Source of the DNA: Candidatus Latescibacterota bacterium
Lineage (GTDB): Bacteria > Latescibacterota > UBA2968 > SICM01
Assembly (NCBI GenBank): GCA_965217865.1
Contig: CBDCJO010000002.1
Span: 5,152,001-5,216,000 of the forward strand
Reading direction: 5' to 3'
Length of the DNA stretch: 64,000 nt
Numbering within the stretch: the first letter of the stretch is position 1; every line of letters begins with the position of its first letter. The position numbers were made by a program, and so were the translations under genes. The notes under the pieces are model-generated. The model was not told the origin of the DNA. It worked only from the letters and a program-made list of their open reading frames with translations, and did no database searches. Below, piece after piece: positions 10,589 to 21,076 of the stretch.

Positions 10589-12706
10589 TTACTGATAGAG
10601 CTCCAGGTTTGAGCTTTTTCTGGCCGGGCATGACTGAAAATCAGTATCCGGGATACCGACGCCGAGTTTCTTCCAGTCGATGTCCTGGAACATCAAGCGC
10701 AGAAAGCCTCTTTCCGCCTTCAACTTATATATACGGACATCATTGGCGGGCACCCCACAGTGCAGCGCACCGTCCTCGACGACCGCTTCCGAATGCCCAA
10801 GCCAGGCCTCAAAGGCTTCTATTGGGGCATCCTTGATCCGCAGCCGCCCTTCCCACTGCAGGTCGGGAGAATTGTTGCACAGGGTCACAATCAGTTCGTC
10901 TTCTCTGTCCGTCACATTGACCAGGTAGTAAATCGGCCGGCCTTCGACTTCCAACGGGTTGAGATTGTTCAACACGTCGCCTAAAACGTACTTGATTCCT
11001 TTCAGAAACTCGTGGCGTTTCTCGGTCCGTCCCCAGCATTTGACCGTGACCATAAAGAGTGTCCCATCACCGACGGAGTTCCGTATCACCAGGGGGTCAC
11101 CCTCGTCTGTTTCAAGCAGGACTTCACCCGTCGTCACCAGAGCCTTGTGGTATTCGAATGGGCCCTCGCGAAAGGTCCGGCCGTCCGCTGACCGGGACTC
11201 GCCGGCGTGACTTTGGACGGTCTCGGACACTTCGGCGCCGGCCACCTCGGGGGTGATTCCCGGCCACTGATCGACTGCTGCGATCACGATCCCGCCGTCC
11301 CGGAGGAAACCTGTCAAGTGCTCGGCACCGTCACTGGCGATCTGCTGTTCGCCCAGGAGCACCACGACCCGATACTTGTTCAGACAGGCCGAGGAGGCGT
11401 TGGAGAGAATCACTTCGAACATGTCGCCGAAAGGCGTGTTGGTAATGTAGCCGCGTTCATCGCGGTAGTAGCTGGCCTGTTCGTAGCCCGGATAGACCCA
11501 GCGGAAGAAGTTGTCGATCTGGTAATCACCCCTGGCATAAGGGATGTTGCCCCAGACGCGATCTCTCTCGGTCCGATAGTAATCCCCCGGGGGGTTCCAG
11601 CCGTGGTCGTGATCGAGCATAATGGCCAGTGGCATGTAGCACGTTCCTCGCACCGGATGTTCAGCCGCGAACTCCTGACATTGTACGTGAGCTCTGCCCC
11701 GGGGGGTTAGATTAGCTTCCAAAAGCCCATAGCCCGCCTCATTTGGGCCCCCAGCCATGATGAACGACTCATATTCTCCGCTGACCTTGCCCCCATATTT
11801 GACGTAAGGAAAAAGCCCTGCCGAGAAGGCAACAATGGAAGCCCCGTTCATGTAGGCAAGATACCACTCCCGCTTGTCCAATCCCTCGCTGGGACCGTAA
11901 TCAGGGCCCACGATGGCGTCCCCGGAGGTCACGTTTTGCCCGTCTCTGAAATACGGTCTCTGACCCCAACGGCTAACGGAAGAGATGGATGTCGTCATAA
12001 GCAAATCGTATTGTTTGGAGGCCCCGCGGCAAAATGACCAGAGAAGTGTGTCAGAGGGCAGTTGTTCCTCAGCCTCGATGCCGAGCATCCGGGTCTCGTG
12101 TTCGGCGGCGTAATGGCAGCCGTAGCCCAGAGAGCTTATCGACATGCCACGATGAAAGGCACGTCCATAGAACCAGTCCAATACTCGATCGTATTCCTGT
12201 CGCGCCTCGGCACGGGAACGCTGAGGTGACGGCACCCCTACCCTCCCCATCTCCTCGGCGTAGTGTCCGGTCCAGCACCAGCCGCCGGTGTACCCGCCGT
12301 CCAGCTCAGAATCCCCTTTCAGGCCGATAAACTTCTCTCCGAACGTGTCGAGCAAAAACTCGAAGTAGCCGCGCGTTTCTTCCTCGCCGTACCAGGTCAT
12401 ATTCACGTGGAAAATGTAGATTCCGGCACCGGCCAGCTTCCTCAAACTGTGCTGCCAACCATGCCACTCGGTTCCATCTTTTTCCTTGATCCAGTGGCGG
12501 GTGTAGAAGAACACGGCGGAGGCCATCTTGTATCGCAGAATGGCCTCCCAGCAGGCCTGCGAGTCCGGGTGTTTCATCATGAGGGCATTACGAAAGTCAC
12601 ACTTCATCTCTGCCCGTGTCATGGGCTTGGTCGCGCACTTCCTGTAATGCTCTCCCTCTTCAGGGATGACCGGGAGGTTGTAGATTGGTCTCATGTGCGC
12701 ACGCAC
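10589..12706 (-). CDS. Hypothetical 705-aa protein, possibly glycoside hydrolase-like with a class-I glutamine amidotransferase-like (trimerisation) C-terminal domain
   Basis: Long ORF rich in aromatic residues; 'LNKYRVVVLLGE...FLRDGGIVI' resembles the beta-galactosidase trimerisation domain. Confidence 0.6.
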   Translation of the reverse strand: MRAHMRPIYNLPVIPEEGEHYRKCATKPMTRAEMKCDFRNALMMKHPDSQACWEAILRYKMASAVFFYTRHWIKEKDGTEWHGWQHSLRKLAGAGIYIFHVNMTWYGEEETRGYFEFLLDTFGEKFIGLKGDSELDGGYTGGWCWTGHYAEEMGRVGVPSPQRSRAEARQEYDRVLDWFYGRAFHRGMSISSLGYGCHYAAEHETRMLGIEAEEQLPSDTLLWSFCRGASKQYDLLMTTSISSVSRWGQRPYFRDGQNVTSGDAIVGPDYGPSEGLDKREWYLAYMNGASIVAFSAGLFPYVKYGGKVSGEYESFIMAGGPNEAGYGLLEANLTPRGRAHVQCQEFAAEHPVRGTCYMPLAIMLDHDHGWNPPGDYYRTERDRVWGNIPYARGDYQIDNFFRWVYPGYEQASYYRDERGYITNTPFGDMFEVILSNASSACLNKYRVVVLLGEQQIASDGAEHLTGFLRDGGIVIAAVDQWPGITPEVAGAEVSETVQSHAGESRSADGRTFREGPFEYHKALVTTGEVLLETDEGDPLVIRNSVGDGTLFMVTVKCWGRTEKRHEFLKGIKYVLGDVLNNLNPLEVEGRPIYYLVNVTDREDELIVTLCNNSPDLQWEGRLRIKDAPIEAFEAWLGHSEAVVEDGALHCGVPANDVRIYKLKAERGFLRLMFQDIDWKKLGVGIPDTDFQSCPARKSSNLELYQ

Positions 12707-12789
12707 CCTTCCTGTGATCGAGAGGTTTCCCTAAAACACGAACCGGTCCGTCCTTAGTCGAGTTTTTATGCTACTTGTCATCAAAGCAA

Positions 12790-13683
12790 TCAGCCCACAC
12801 TTGCGGCGAGCCTTTCGGGCAGCCGTCCCACCTTGGGGATCGGGTTCTCCGAGTACTGTTTCCCCGGGAGCGGTTCGAACATGAAGACCCCCTGATAGTC
12901 GATATCGTTAAGGGCAGAGAAGATTTCCGTCCACGACATGTCGCCGCCCTCTTCAAAGGGAGCGAAATGATCGTGTCCGTAGGGCGACTTCGGTCCGATG
13001 GCGCTGCTGATCCAATCGTGAAGATGGAGGTGGTGCAGCCGATTTCCGATGCTCCCTATGATTCTGGCCGGTGCTCCGGGATGGATCATGAGGTTCTGTT
13101 TCTGGGTGTTGCACTCGTGGCCGACATCCAGGCAGATGCCGATCTGCGGATGCGAGATGGAGTCAACCCATTGGATGCAGGCCGAGACGTTCTGCTCCTC
13201 CCTTGGAGCGTTTTCGATAAGCAGGTGGATATCCTGGCCTTCGCAGTGTCTGGCCAATTCGCAGTAACTCTTTCTGGTCGCGTCCTGGATGATCGGAAGG
13301 TGCGTCACCCACGCTTTGCAACCGAGCGAGACGAAATAGTCGATGACGCGTTTGCATCGATCTACTTCCTTCAGTCGCTGAGTCTCGCCCCCCGTTTCCA
13401 GGCTGTTGCGGTCTGACCAGTTCAGGTGGCCACGCACGTCGAAGAACCTGGCGTGGAAGGATACGATCGACAGGCCCAGATCCTTACACGCCGAGACGAT
13501 CCACTCCATGGTCTGAGGATCGTCTTCCTTGAACTGATTGATGGGATGCTCCATGATCTCCAGATTGGGGATCCCCGCACGGCTGATGTCTTCCAAAGCC
13601 TTCAGGTCGAGTGGCCTGTTGGCCACCACGCCAGTAGAGATGCCCAGACGGGACCGCAGTTCCTCCACGCTATAGGGTAGCAT
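12790..13683 (-). CDS. Sugar phosphate isomerase/epimerase (xylose isomerase-like TIM barrel)
   Basis: IEN, CLDVGH, HLHLHD, DHFAP and FMFE metal-binding motifs. Confidence 0.88.
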   Translation of the reverse strand: MLPYSVEELRSRLGISTGVVANRPLDLKALEDISRAGIPNLEIMEHPINQFKEDDPQTMEWIVSACKDLGLSIVSFHARFFDVRGHLNWSDRNSLETGGETQRLKEVDRCKRVIDYFVSLGCKAWVTHLPIIQDATRKSYCELARHCEGQDIHLLIENAPREEQNVSACIQWVDSISHPQIGICLDVGHECNTQKQNLMIHPGAPARIIGSIGNRLHHLHLHDWISSAIGPKSPYGHDHFAPFEEGGDMSWTEIFSALNDIDYQGVFMFEPLPGKQYSENPIPKVGRLPERLAASVG

Positions 13684-13813
13684 CGTCGCTCCTTGTTTTC
13701 GTTGCAGTGGATCTAATTCGCAACAGTCTGCTTTTGGTTATCTCGTTACAACCTGCAAAGTAGTTCCGTATCGCAATAACGGGCAAATGAATTCTCTCTG
13801 TAACAGCGATCGA

Positions 13814-14585
13814 TCAACAATACCTGTCTCGGAACTGGTCAACGACAATCCGGAGGTCTGATGTGAGAACCCGGATAACTTGCTGCTCCAGCTCAGCCGG
13901 TATACCTCCATAGAAGGCCTCCGGCACAGCCCCAGCGATACTTGCCATAGTATCCGCGTCACCCCCCCCCCAGCGAGATCGCGGTCCGGACTGCATCCTC
14001 AAAATCTTCGGACTCCAGGAATGAGATCAGCGACTCAGGTACCGACCCCTGACACGACACGTCGAATCCATACGTCTCGCGGATCTCGTCGGCACTCCGA
14101 CTCAGGTTGTATCCAAACCGCTGTTCAATCGTCTCACGAATCTCGGTCCGGGAAGCACCGTTCCGGGCCAAAAACACGGCCATCGAGGTTGCCTGGGCGC
14201 CTTTGACGCCTTCCGGGTGGTTGTGCGTGATCACTGCAGTATGTTCTGCTTCCTTCAGTACGCTTTCAACACTCTCGAAGGCCCACCCGACGGGGCTCAC
14301 GCGCATCGCCGAGCCGTTACCCCAACTGTTGTAAGGTGCTCCGCCGCCGGCACTCGCCCATTGGATGAAGTGGCCCCCGTAGCCCGCGTATGGAAATTTC
14401 ATGGCGTAATCACGCACCACAATCCTGTAGTCCGTCCCGTGCAAGATCGCATCCGCGATGGCCACGGTCAGGACTGTATCGTCGGTGAACCGAGACTGCT
14501 CGCAGATCAGGGGAAAGGACTTGTGCTTAATCGGGGACAGTTCGAAAACCGATCCGACGATGTCCCCCGCAATGGCCCCAAGCAA
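13814..14585 (-). pseudogene. ADP-ribosylglycohydrolase family protein, frameshifted in a G10 tract
   Basis: GAIAGDIVGS, FTDDT and GNGSAMR in 13959-14585; the C-terminus GDADTMASIAG...FRDRYC continues in another frame after the run at 13962-13971. Confidence 0.85.
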
Positions 14586-14649
14586 AAGAAGATCTGTTCC
14601 CTATGTGTCTCGATGGAATTATCGATTCCCCCGTGTCGGAAAGGTGAGC

Positions 14650-15906
14650 CTAGCTCGCAAGCGCCGTGGCCGCTCCAAACTGACCCCGGTAATGTTTCCT
14701 GCCGAACTCGGAGAAGTCCTCTCTCAAGAAAAACATGCCCCCGCTGCGCAGACGCTTCCCGGCCTTTAGATGGTCCAGAAACGCCCGGCGCAGGGTCGTA
14801 TCTCTGGGTGCGGAGTCAGGGTCAACCTCGTGGCTGTCGAAAACGAAATAGAGGCCGTCCTTACCGTTCGAAGGCCGTGGAAAGAGATAGAGCTCTTCCT
14901 GGTATTTCACCAGATTGGAGTTTTCGTCCAGCATCTCGGCAAGCTGCGTGTTCAGAATCCAGGATATGCATTCGAAGCCGACAAAGAGATGCTCAGGGTA
15001 GTATCGAGGGAAAAAATCCAGCGCCTTAGCCATCGAATCCCGGCAGCAGTCCAGGCTCATGGCCTCGCCCTCGGGAATGTGCATGCCGAGAACCGTATCG
15101 CCCAATTGGAGCAAACAGTCCCAGGAATCTGTCCTCAGCGTCACGGGCCTTGGGAGGGCCTTTCCGGTCGGACAAACGGGAGTCCCGGTGACCCGATCTC
15201 CAACATCCGTCAGCACAGATGTCCACGAAGTGACACCATCCGACCACGCCACGAAGCCTTCCTTATCGTAGGCGATTCCGGGTTCCGACAGCGCAAGCAC
15301 CCGGCCTTCCAGGTGATGCCGGTAGGCCATGAGCTGACCTTGGAAGGGCCGGAAATGATATTGCATGCGCCCCAGCAGGTGAAGGTCGCCCGATCCGACC
15401 AGTCGGTACCAGGTCAATAGCCTTCTTTCGATTCCGGGTCTTCCGCCAGTTATGCGTCCGTACCGCGTGAGTCCGTTGCGGATGTCGGCCCCCGTCCCGC
15501 GCGTGACCGCCTCGGGGATGCCGCGCGCCCGGTGGGTTTCTCGAAGTCGGCCGAGGCCCGCCATCCCGAGTAGCAAATAAAAAACACCCCCCGACCCGTT
15601 CAGCGCGTGGTCCAGCTCGGGCCATGCATAGAACGATCGACTTTCGGCCGTTTGATAAGCGAGACGGTAGGTGTGCCAGGCCAGGTTGCGAAGCGATGAA
15701 CGCTTTTGAATGGTCTCCGCAGTCTTCTCAAGAAGCGGCTCAAGAGCTTTCGGCAGACCGGTCCAGGCCCGGTTCTCGAGAAAGACTTCCGGAGTCAGGA
15801 AGTCAAGCGAATCCGGACAGGTGGCGACCGAGATGTCCCAACCCGGCTCGAGAGCGTCGCGTCCACTGGTCTCACCCAGTTCATTCAGGACAGATGTTAA
15901 ATCCAT
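14650..15906 (-). CDS. Acyltransferase (GNAT-like N- and C-terminal domain) protein
   Basis: LGRMQY, LGMHIP and CISWIL motifs. True start probably MDLTSVL (ATG 15906) with GGAGG upstream; the longer track ORF overlaps a real gene. Confidence 0.75.
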   Translation of the reverse strand: MDLTSVLNELGETSGRDALEPGWDISVATCPDSLDFLTPEVFLENRAWTGLPKALEPLLEKTAETIQKRSSLRNLAWHTYRLAYQTAESRSFYAWPELDHALNGSGGVFYLLLGMAGLGRLRETHRARGIPEAVTRGTGADIRNGLTRYGRITGGRPGIERRLLTWYRLVGSGDLHLLGRMQYHFRPFQGQLMAYRHHLEGRVLALSEPGIAYDKEGFVAWSDGVTSWTSVLTDVGDRVTGTPVCPTGKALPRPVTLRTDSWDCLLQLGDTVLGMHIPEGEAMSLDCCRDSMAKALDFFPRYYPEHLFVGFECISWILNTQLAEMLDENSNLVKYQEELYLFPRPSNGKDGLYFVFDSHEVDPDSAPRDTTLRRAFLDHLKAGKRLRSGGMFFLREDFSEFGRKHYRGQFGAATALAS

Positions 15907-15977
15907 TGGCCAGTCCGCGGTATCGCCCTCCTCAACCCCCTCCTGTATTGTGTGGCGACAACCATCGGCATTGTATA

Positions 15978-16448
15978 CTACGATGTCGGTTTGATTAGTC
16001 GGAAAAATATCATGAAGTGCGTAACCAAAAGCAACGGAACTAACATCGTCGGAATGTACCAAGTTGCTCCTAGGTTCGGCGCTATTTCGATATGGCGTAA
16101 TGCATTGAGCAGATCTACCGTACCGACGATGTTGAATAACCAGACCAATGCCAATGATCCAGCCCAATTTGCCCGCAAGGCAATGAGTGCCAACAACGCA
16201 AGGACACCAGTAGCTAAATCCCCGTAAGCCGCATAAGTCGCGAAATCTTCGGGCAACGGTTGCGCCAAGAGGCCAGGGACGAGGAACACCATGCCAACGT
16301 GGCGGAACGCATGTGGTAGAGCAAGCCAGAAGAGAGCTGTGTGATGCGGCTGCTTGTCCAACCAGGGCGTTAACGTCCACCTTGCGAGCAGGCCGATCAC
16401 AAGCAGACTTAGGAAAAACTGTAGTCCGAAAATGGCTTGAACGTCCAT
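15978..16448 (-). CDS. Hypothetical membrane protein
   Basis: 156 aa, about four hydrophobic segments, RBS AGGAGG before the ATG. Confidence 0.8.
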   Translation of the reverse strand: MDVQAIFGLQFFLSLLVIGLLARWTLTPWLDKQPHHTALFWLALPHAFRHVGMVFLVPGLLAQPLPEDFATYAAYGDLATGVLALLALIALRANWAGSLALVWLFNIVGTVDLLNALRHIEIAPNLGATWYIPTMLVPLLLVTHFMIFFRLIKPTS

Positions 16449-16515
16449 TGCATTACCTCCTGTTTTTTTCCACCTCCAGGGTGGGTATAAGGGTGGTTTC
16501 TTGGGTCTATGGGGC

Positions 16516-17860
16516 TTAATCGAACGACAACGGAAGTCCTAGAAGTACCCACAAACCCCACACGACGGCCAGGACCGAGATGCGGGCGATGGATTCGCGG
16601 AAGACCTGGACCCACCGGTCCGGTGGAACCCTCCACAGTCGGATAGTGATCACTAAGAGCATTAGCAATGTAACGATGTTCCAGCCTAAAACAGCGTAGC
16701 GGTTTGGAGTCAGACCAAGTTCAAAAGTCCGGCTTATGATCGCTGCCAAAGCATATACGTTGAGGAGCCAGGTTATCCCCCCCAATGTCAGGACGGCATA
16801 CCGCAGGATAGAATTCCGGCGAGGGGACTGTTCATCAGGGGCCGTCGCGGAAACGGTCAGTAAGACCAGGATGGCCAGAATAGTGGCGTTGTAGACAATA
16901 AGGACCTCCCGCTCCTGAAACGGTCGCCAGAAGTATAAGGGGATGAACACAAAGACATAGACGGCTAGTAGTCCAAGGGCCAAAGGCAGCATGAGCCGGG
17001 TTAGGATTCTGAGGATGCGGGCAAGGCCGGTCGTCCAGTTTTGCGCCACCGGCTCAAACGTGGGGTCGTATACACTGGCTATGGCGAGGATCGGAATGGC
17101 GCCAATGCCCCGATGCCGCAATGGTTCGAACTCCATCTTGGGGAAGCTTGATTCCTAGCACGGAGAATATGCCGTAGGTTAATCCCAGGAAGATTACGCC
17201 AGCACCGAAATAGATGCCGCCGGTCAGAATGGCTTCCACCGTCTTTATAAAAAATGCGTAGCATTGCCTGGCAGGATCAGGACGCCCCAGGGTTAGACCG
17301 ACTCCTACCGCTGCCCAGGCAACAAACGGAAGGTGGAAGGCGATTAGAGTCGCAATGTGGTCAGTCCTGTCCCAGGCTATCAGTGCCGAGTACACGGCAA
17401 TCAGTATGACAGCAACGGAGGGACCTCCGTACCGACGGATGCGCTCCGCTGTGCGCTCAACCGATCCTAAAAAGAAAAGGACGCCCAGGGCCGTCAGTGG
17501 ACCCCACCCGATCCAGAACAGAGGCCGGGCTTCACCGGGGTCCGGAACCGGGGGCTTGTCCCCGGCGAAAAGCGCATACAGAATTCCCAAAACAACGCTT
17601 GTCGCAACGGCCGTTCGCCAGTGCCGGGTCTGGCTCTCCTTGACAATTTGACCTTCCGACATCTCTGCGTCAGCTGGAGATTGGACGTTGAGCCGGCAAG
17701 CCCATGCCGAGAAGAGGATGTCCTCCGGGTGTTCCCCTGCACATTGTCCGATTACCTCTATGAAGGCTGGCTCATCTTCGGCGGCCACGGCCTGTCTGTA
17801 GAGCCGTTCCAGTCCGCCTGCATCACCCATTGCCCCTTCGATCTGACTTTTCAGGCTCAT
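16516..17860 (-). pseudogene. DUF4153-like multi-pass membrane protein split by a +1 frameshift near 17112
   Basis: ORF 17054-17860 and ORF 16516-17136 join as ..TIAA(W)GIGAIPIL.. if one base in GCATCGGGGCATT is removed; C-terminal GLTPNRYAVLGWN motif. Confidence 0.75.
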
Positions 17861-17888
17861 GAACCACCCCCCGGATAGTGTATGTCAA

Positions 17889-18674
17889 TCAAAAAAACTC
17901 ATAGAGATCAACGAAAAATTGCAGCTCATCCTGCGAAACAGGCTTAGTACCATACCCCTGGAAAAAGGCTTGATGATCGGACTCACTCAAGTTTGGGACA
18001 GCATCTTTGTTTAACACCAAAGCCATGTCGTATCGGGGATCACCTACTGCTCCTCCGGACCAGTCTATAATCGAAACCTCCCCATCATCAGCCATCAGGA
18101 TGTTCTCAAGATTGAAATCGCCATGGATCAGTCGTGCTTGGACTGCGTCGGGGCGGTCAACCTTAAGTCGAGAAAGCAGTGCCTCATCCCCATCGACCTC
18201 GTAGTTTCGCAGATTAAATTCTGCTTCGGAGAGTGTGGCATCGAGCCAATCCATTGACGATTGGTGCTTCAACCCTAGGGGAATGGGGCATTGATGCAGC
18301 ATATGAAGTGTCGAGCCCATGATCTCGAACACTTGCTGTCGTTTTGACCCACGTATGTCAGGCAGAACATCTTCCACTTGCTGACCTGGTTTGAAGTCCA
18401 TTATCAGCCACGACGCACACCCCGCATCATCCACAATGAAACGATGGGGCCTGGGAACAGGCAGATCGGTTGCTGTCAATGCAGTTAGGACTTCATACTC
18501 CCGTCGTAGCCACTGTCGATATGGCTCTCTGCGACTGCGCTTGAGGACAAGATTTTTATTTGCTCCGTGAACGAGCGCAATATCAGAAGTACAGCCTTCC
18601 CCCAGTTCAGCCAGTGTATAGGTGTCTGGCAGGACTTCTGCCAGTTCAGGTGGAATGTCTGAGAGAGTGATCAT
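17889..18674 (-). CDS. Aminoglycoside phosphotransferase (APH)-family kinase
   Basis: LIHGDFNLENIL, IIDWS and GDPRYD motifs. Confidence 0.88.
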   Translation of the reverse strand: MITLSDIPPELAEVLPDTYTLAELGEGCTSDIALVHGANKNLVLKRSRREPYRQWLRREYEVLTALTATDLPVPRPHRFIVDDAGCASWLIMDFKPGQQVEDVLPDIRGSKRQQVFEIMGSTLHMLHQCPIPLGLKHQSSMDWLDATLSEAEFNLRNYEVDGDEALLSRLKVDRPDAVQARLIHGDFNLENILMADDGEVSIIDWSGGAVGDPRYDMALVLNKDAVPNLSESDHQAFFQGYGTKPVSQDELQFFVDLYEFF

Positions 18675-18684
18675 CCTGGCTTAT

Positions 18685-18813
18685 CAATAACCTAAGTATT
18701 ACGACAAGGGGCGGTAACGTTTTTATGTCCCTGAACCGCGCAGCGGTTTGGCGAATAGCGAATGCCCGCAACCGGGAACGCTGCTGTTACTCGCTGTACG
18801 ATTCTTGTTAGCA
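18685..18813 (-). other. attC-like imperfect hairpin between co-oriented genes
   Basis: Minus strand TGCTAAC...GTTATTG with arms AAG/CTT and GCG-GTAAC/GTTAC-CGC; starts about 12 nt after the upstream stop and ends about 10 nt before the APH ATG. Confidence 0.35.
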
Positions 18814-18825
18814 CCTTCGGACGAC

Positions 18826-19605
18826 CTAACTTGATTCGTTTAAGGCGTTAATCAGTCGTGATGCGACCAGGTGGTCATCGGAGCGCTTTAGGGTGGAAAC
18901 ACATTTATAAACATAGTTGCTACCAGAGCTGAATTCGATCGGAGGGTTCTGATTTCGACAGGCAGTCACGACGTTCACGTGAGTTGATTTCCGATCCGCG
19001 TCGAAAAGAATGCGGAGGCCAAAGTCGTCACCCCACCTTCCATGCTCTACAACTTCGAAGTCTAAATAAGGAAAGACAGAGAGTTTTTCACGAAGTTCCT
19101 TGATCCGGGACAGGAAATCTCTTTCAACGGATCGCTTATCCCGCTGAAGTAGCTCACGGATGGCGACATAAATACCCACAAACTCCTCTTTTCCTACTTT
19201 ACAGCTTAAACCTATGCCACCGTTCTGCCGGTCGTTGAGCTCACACGCTGCAATCAGGTCTTTTCGTCCGACTACGATTCCCGTAGATGCTGGTCCACAT
19301 ACAGCCTTGCCGCCGCTGAAAATTTCCAAATCTACTCCCATCTCTTGAGTGAAATACCAAAAATTCTCTTTGGGAGGAACCTCATATGCCGCGTCAACTA
19401 TGACAGGAATACCTCGCGCCCGGCCGACAGCAACCGCTATGTCCAAAGGAATCATTAGCTCTCTCGCAAATGAGCACATAAGGATGGCTGCCGTCCGGTC
19501 GGTTATTGCCCGCTCAAGTTCTGTTTCCATGTCCTTTCGATTGGCACCGCCAATTACGCGTACAGAAACACCCGTAGGGCGAATGGATACACGCTCATCC
19601 CATCC
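18826..19605 (-). pseudogene. SelA-like/DgaE family PLP-dependent enzyme, C-terminal fragment fused in frame to a PKD/HYR fragment
   Basis: IPVIVDAAYE, FSGGK (PLP lysine), GPASTG and KVGKEE motifs; N-terminal part absent. Confidence 0.75.
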
Positions 19606-20504
19606 GAGGGTTGTAACCGCCAGGTCACCGTCGCAGGCATCATTGGCAGTTGCGCCGGGATCGGTGTAAGTACCCCCGCACTCCACCTTCAGGGTGTCAC
19701 CGATCATTGTCACCACCGGATCTGTGGTGTCCTCGATCGTCACTTCCACCGAATCTGTGGCCGTGGCGATCCCATCGCTCACAATCAAATCGATCGTATG
19801 GGTTCCAAGCGGGAGGGTTATTGTAGGGCTTACCCCGGTGGCGGATCCTCCGCCTTCTGAAAAAGGACCGGTCCAGTTATAAGACAGGGGAGAGGGGCCG
19901 TTGTCCGGATCACTCGATCCGGAGCCGTCCATGGTAACGGAAGTCCCTGTGGGGGATATGCATTCCACCGCGTCGTCCCCGGTCTGGTCCGGTCCGGCGT
20001 CGGCTGATCGTCCCACCAAGTCGAGACGTAGAGATTGCCGTTGAAGACCTGGTTACGGTCAAACCGAATGCCCTCAGACCCTCTACCCAGGCTAACGAAA
20101 ACTGAGATTGGACCGTTTGGTTCATCGAGTCTTCTCACCGGGGCTGCGACGGTACTGTTGACGATAAACATACTGTTGTCAAAACCGAACTCGAGGTAGC
20201 CGAAATTTGGTGACAGTCCCGACGCAACTAATGTTCCCTTGTCGCCAGCCGGAAGACCTTCAGGAGGTACGCGGTAGATTGATCCGCCGGTCAGAAAATA
20301 ATAAACATCAGTCCCAAAATCGCCACCCTGTCCCACCGAAACGTCAGTAATATCTGCCCCAACGCCGGATACAATCGGCTGGATCTCCCAGTCCCCCGCC
20401 GCGATAACAGAAGGCTGTGTCACGGCCGACAAGGGGGCAAACAGGATCGAGACCAGCGCGATAGCTGACAACCCAAACCACTTGGATGTTGATAAGCTCA
20501 TCAT
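19606..20504 (-). pseudogene. Secreted beta-propeller / PKD / HYR-like domain protein, internally deleted and truncated
   Basis: RBS AAGGAGG, signal peptide, propeller-like repeats to ..YVSTWWD, then a frame change at about 20008 into ADAGPDQT..DGSGSSDPD (PKD) and DTTDPVVT..DPGATANDACDG. Confidence 0.7.
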
Positions 20505-21076
20505 TAGTTCCTCCTTAGTTTTTAGGCGTCCTCGATTTACTTTTTAAATCCTGAAAATCATTCTGACCGTTCGATCCCAATCCACAGGACGGACTGTAAA
20601 CCAAACGCCACACAAACAAATAGCCGCACCTGTAAGATGCGGCTCCTAAACCGTTTCCCCGACGGAATTGGTGTTGGCGTGCATTGGTTCCTCCCCGGAC
20701 CAAAAACACGTAAATCAATAACTTACTACCTTAGCCGATTGGCATTTCAAACAAAAAAACCAGACAAAGCATCCGCAGTCGAATGGCTGAGTCTGGCAAG
20801 TCCCTGACACTTACCGATACCAGAAATAGCATCTGGATTATATCTTTTTAATTATTCTCAATATACATCACGGCCAGGGGAAAGTCAATTGGTACAATTA
20901 CGCAATTTTAATAAAAAAATAACCTAATCTGGATAGGGTATATATACCTATTGAAAGACGGGGGCCAGAGGCCAGAGGTCAGGAGTCGGGATAGTCAAAA
21001 CCGGTGCCCAAAAGTAAGGAGCAAGAGGTGTAAGGGTCAGGTACTTACCCTTACACCTGGCTTCCGGCCCCTATTT

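Noticed and set aside
15907-16380. N-terminal extension of track ORF 14650-16380
   Set aside because: Overlaps the 156-aa membrane gene in another frame; an RBS and ATG exist at 15906.
17889-18674. Confirmed aminoglycoside resistance gene
   Set aside because: Only the generic APH/choline-kinase fold motifs are visible; the substrate cannot be inferred.
18826-19605. selA (selenocysteine synthase) supporting the selenoproteins
   Set aside because: Only a fragment, and its motifs (FSGGK, KVGKEE) fit the SelA-like/DgaE family rather than true SelA (typically FSGDK).
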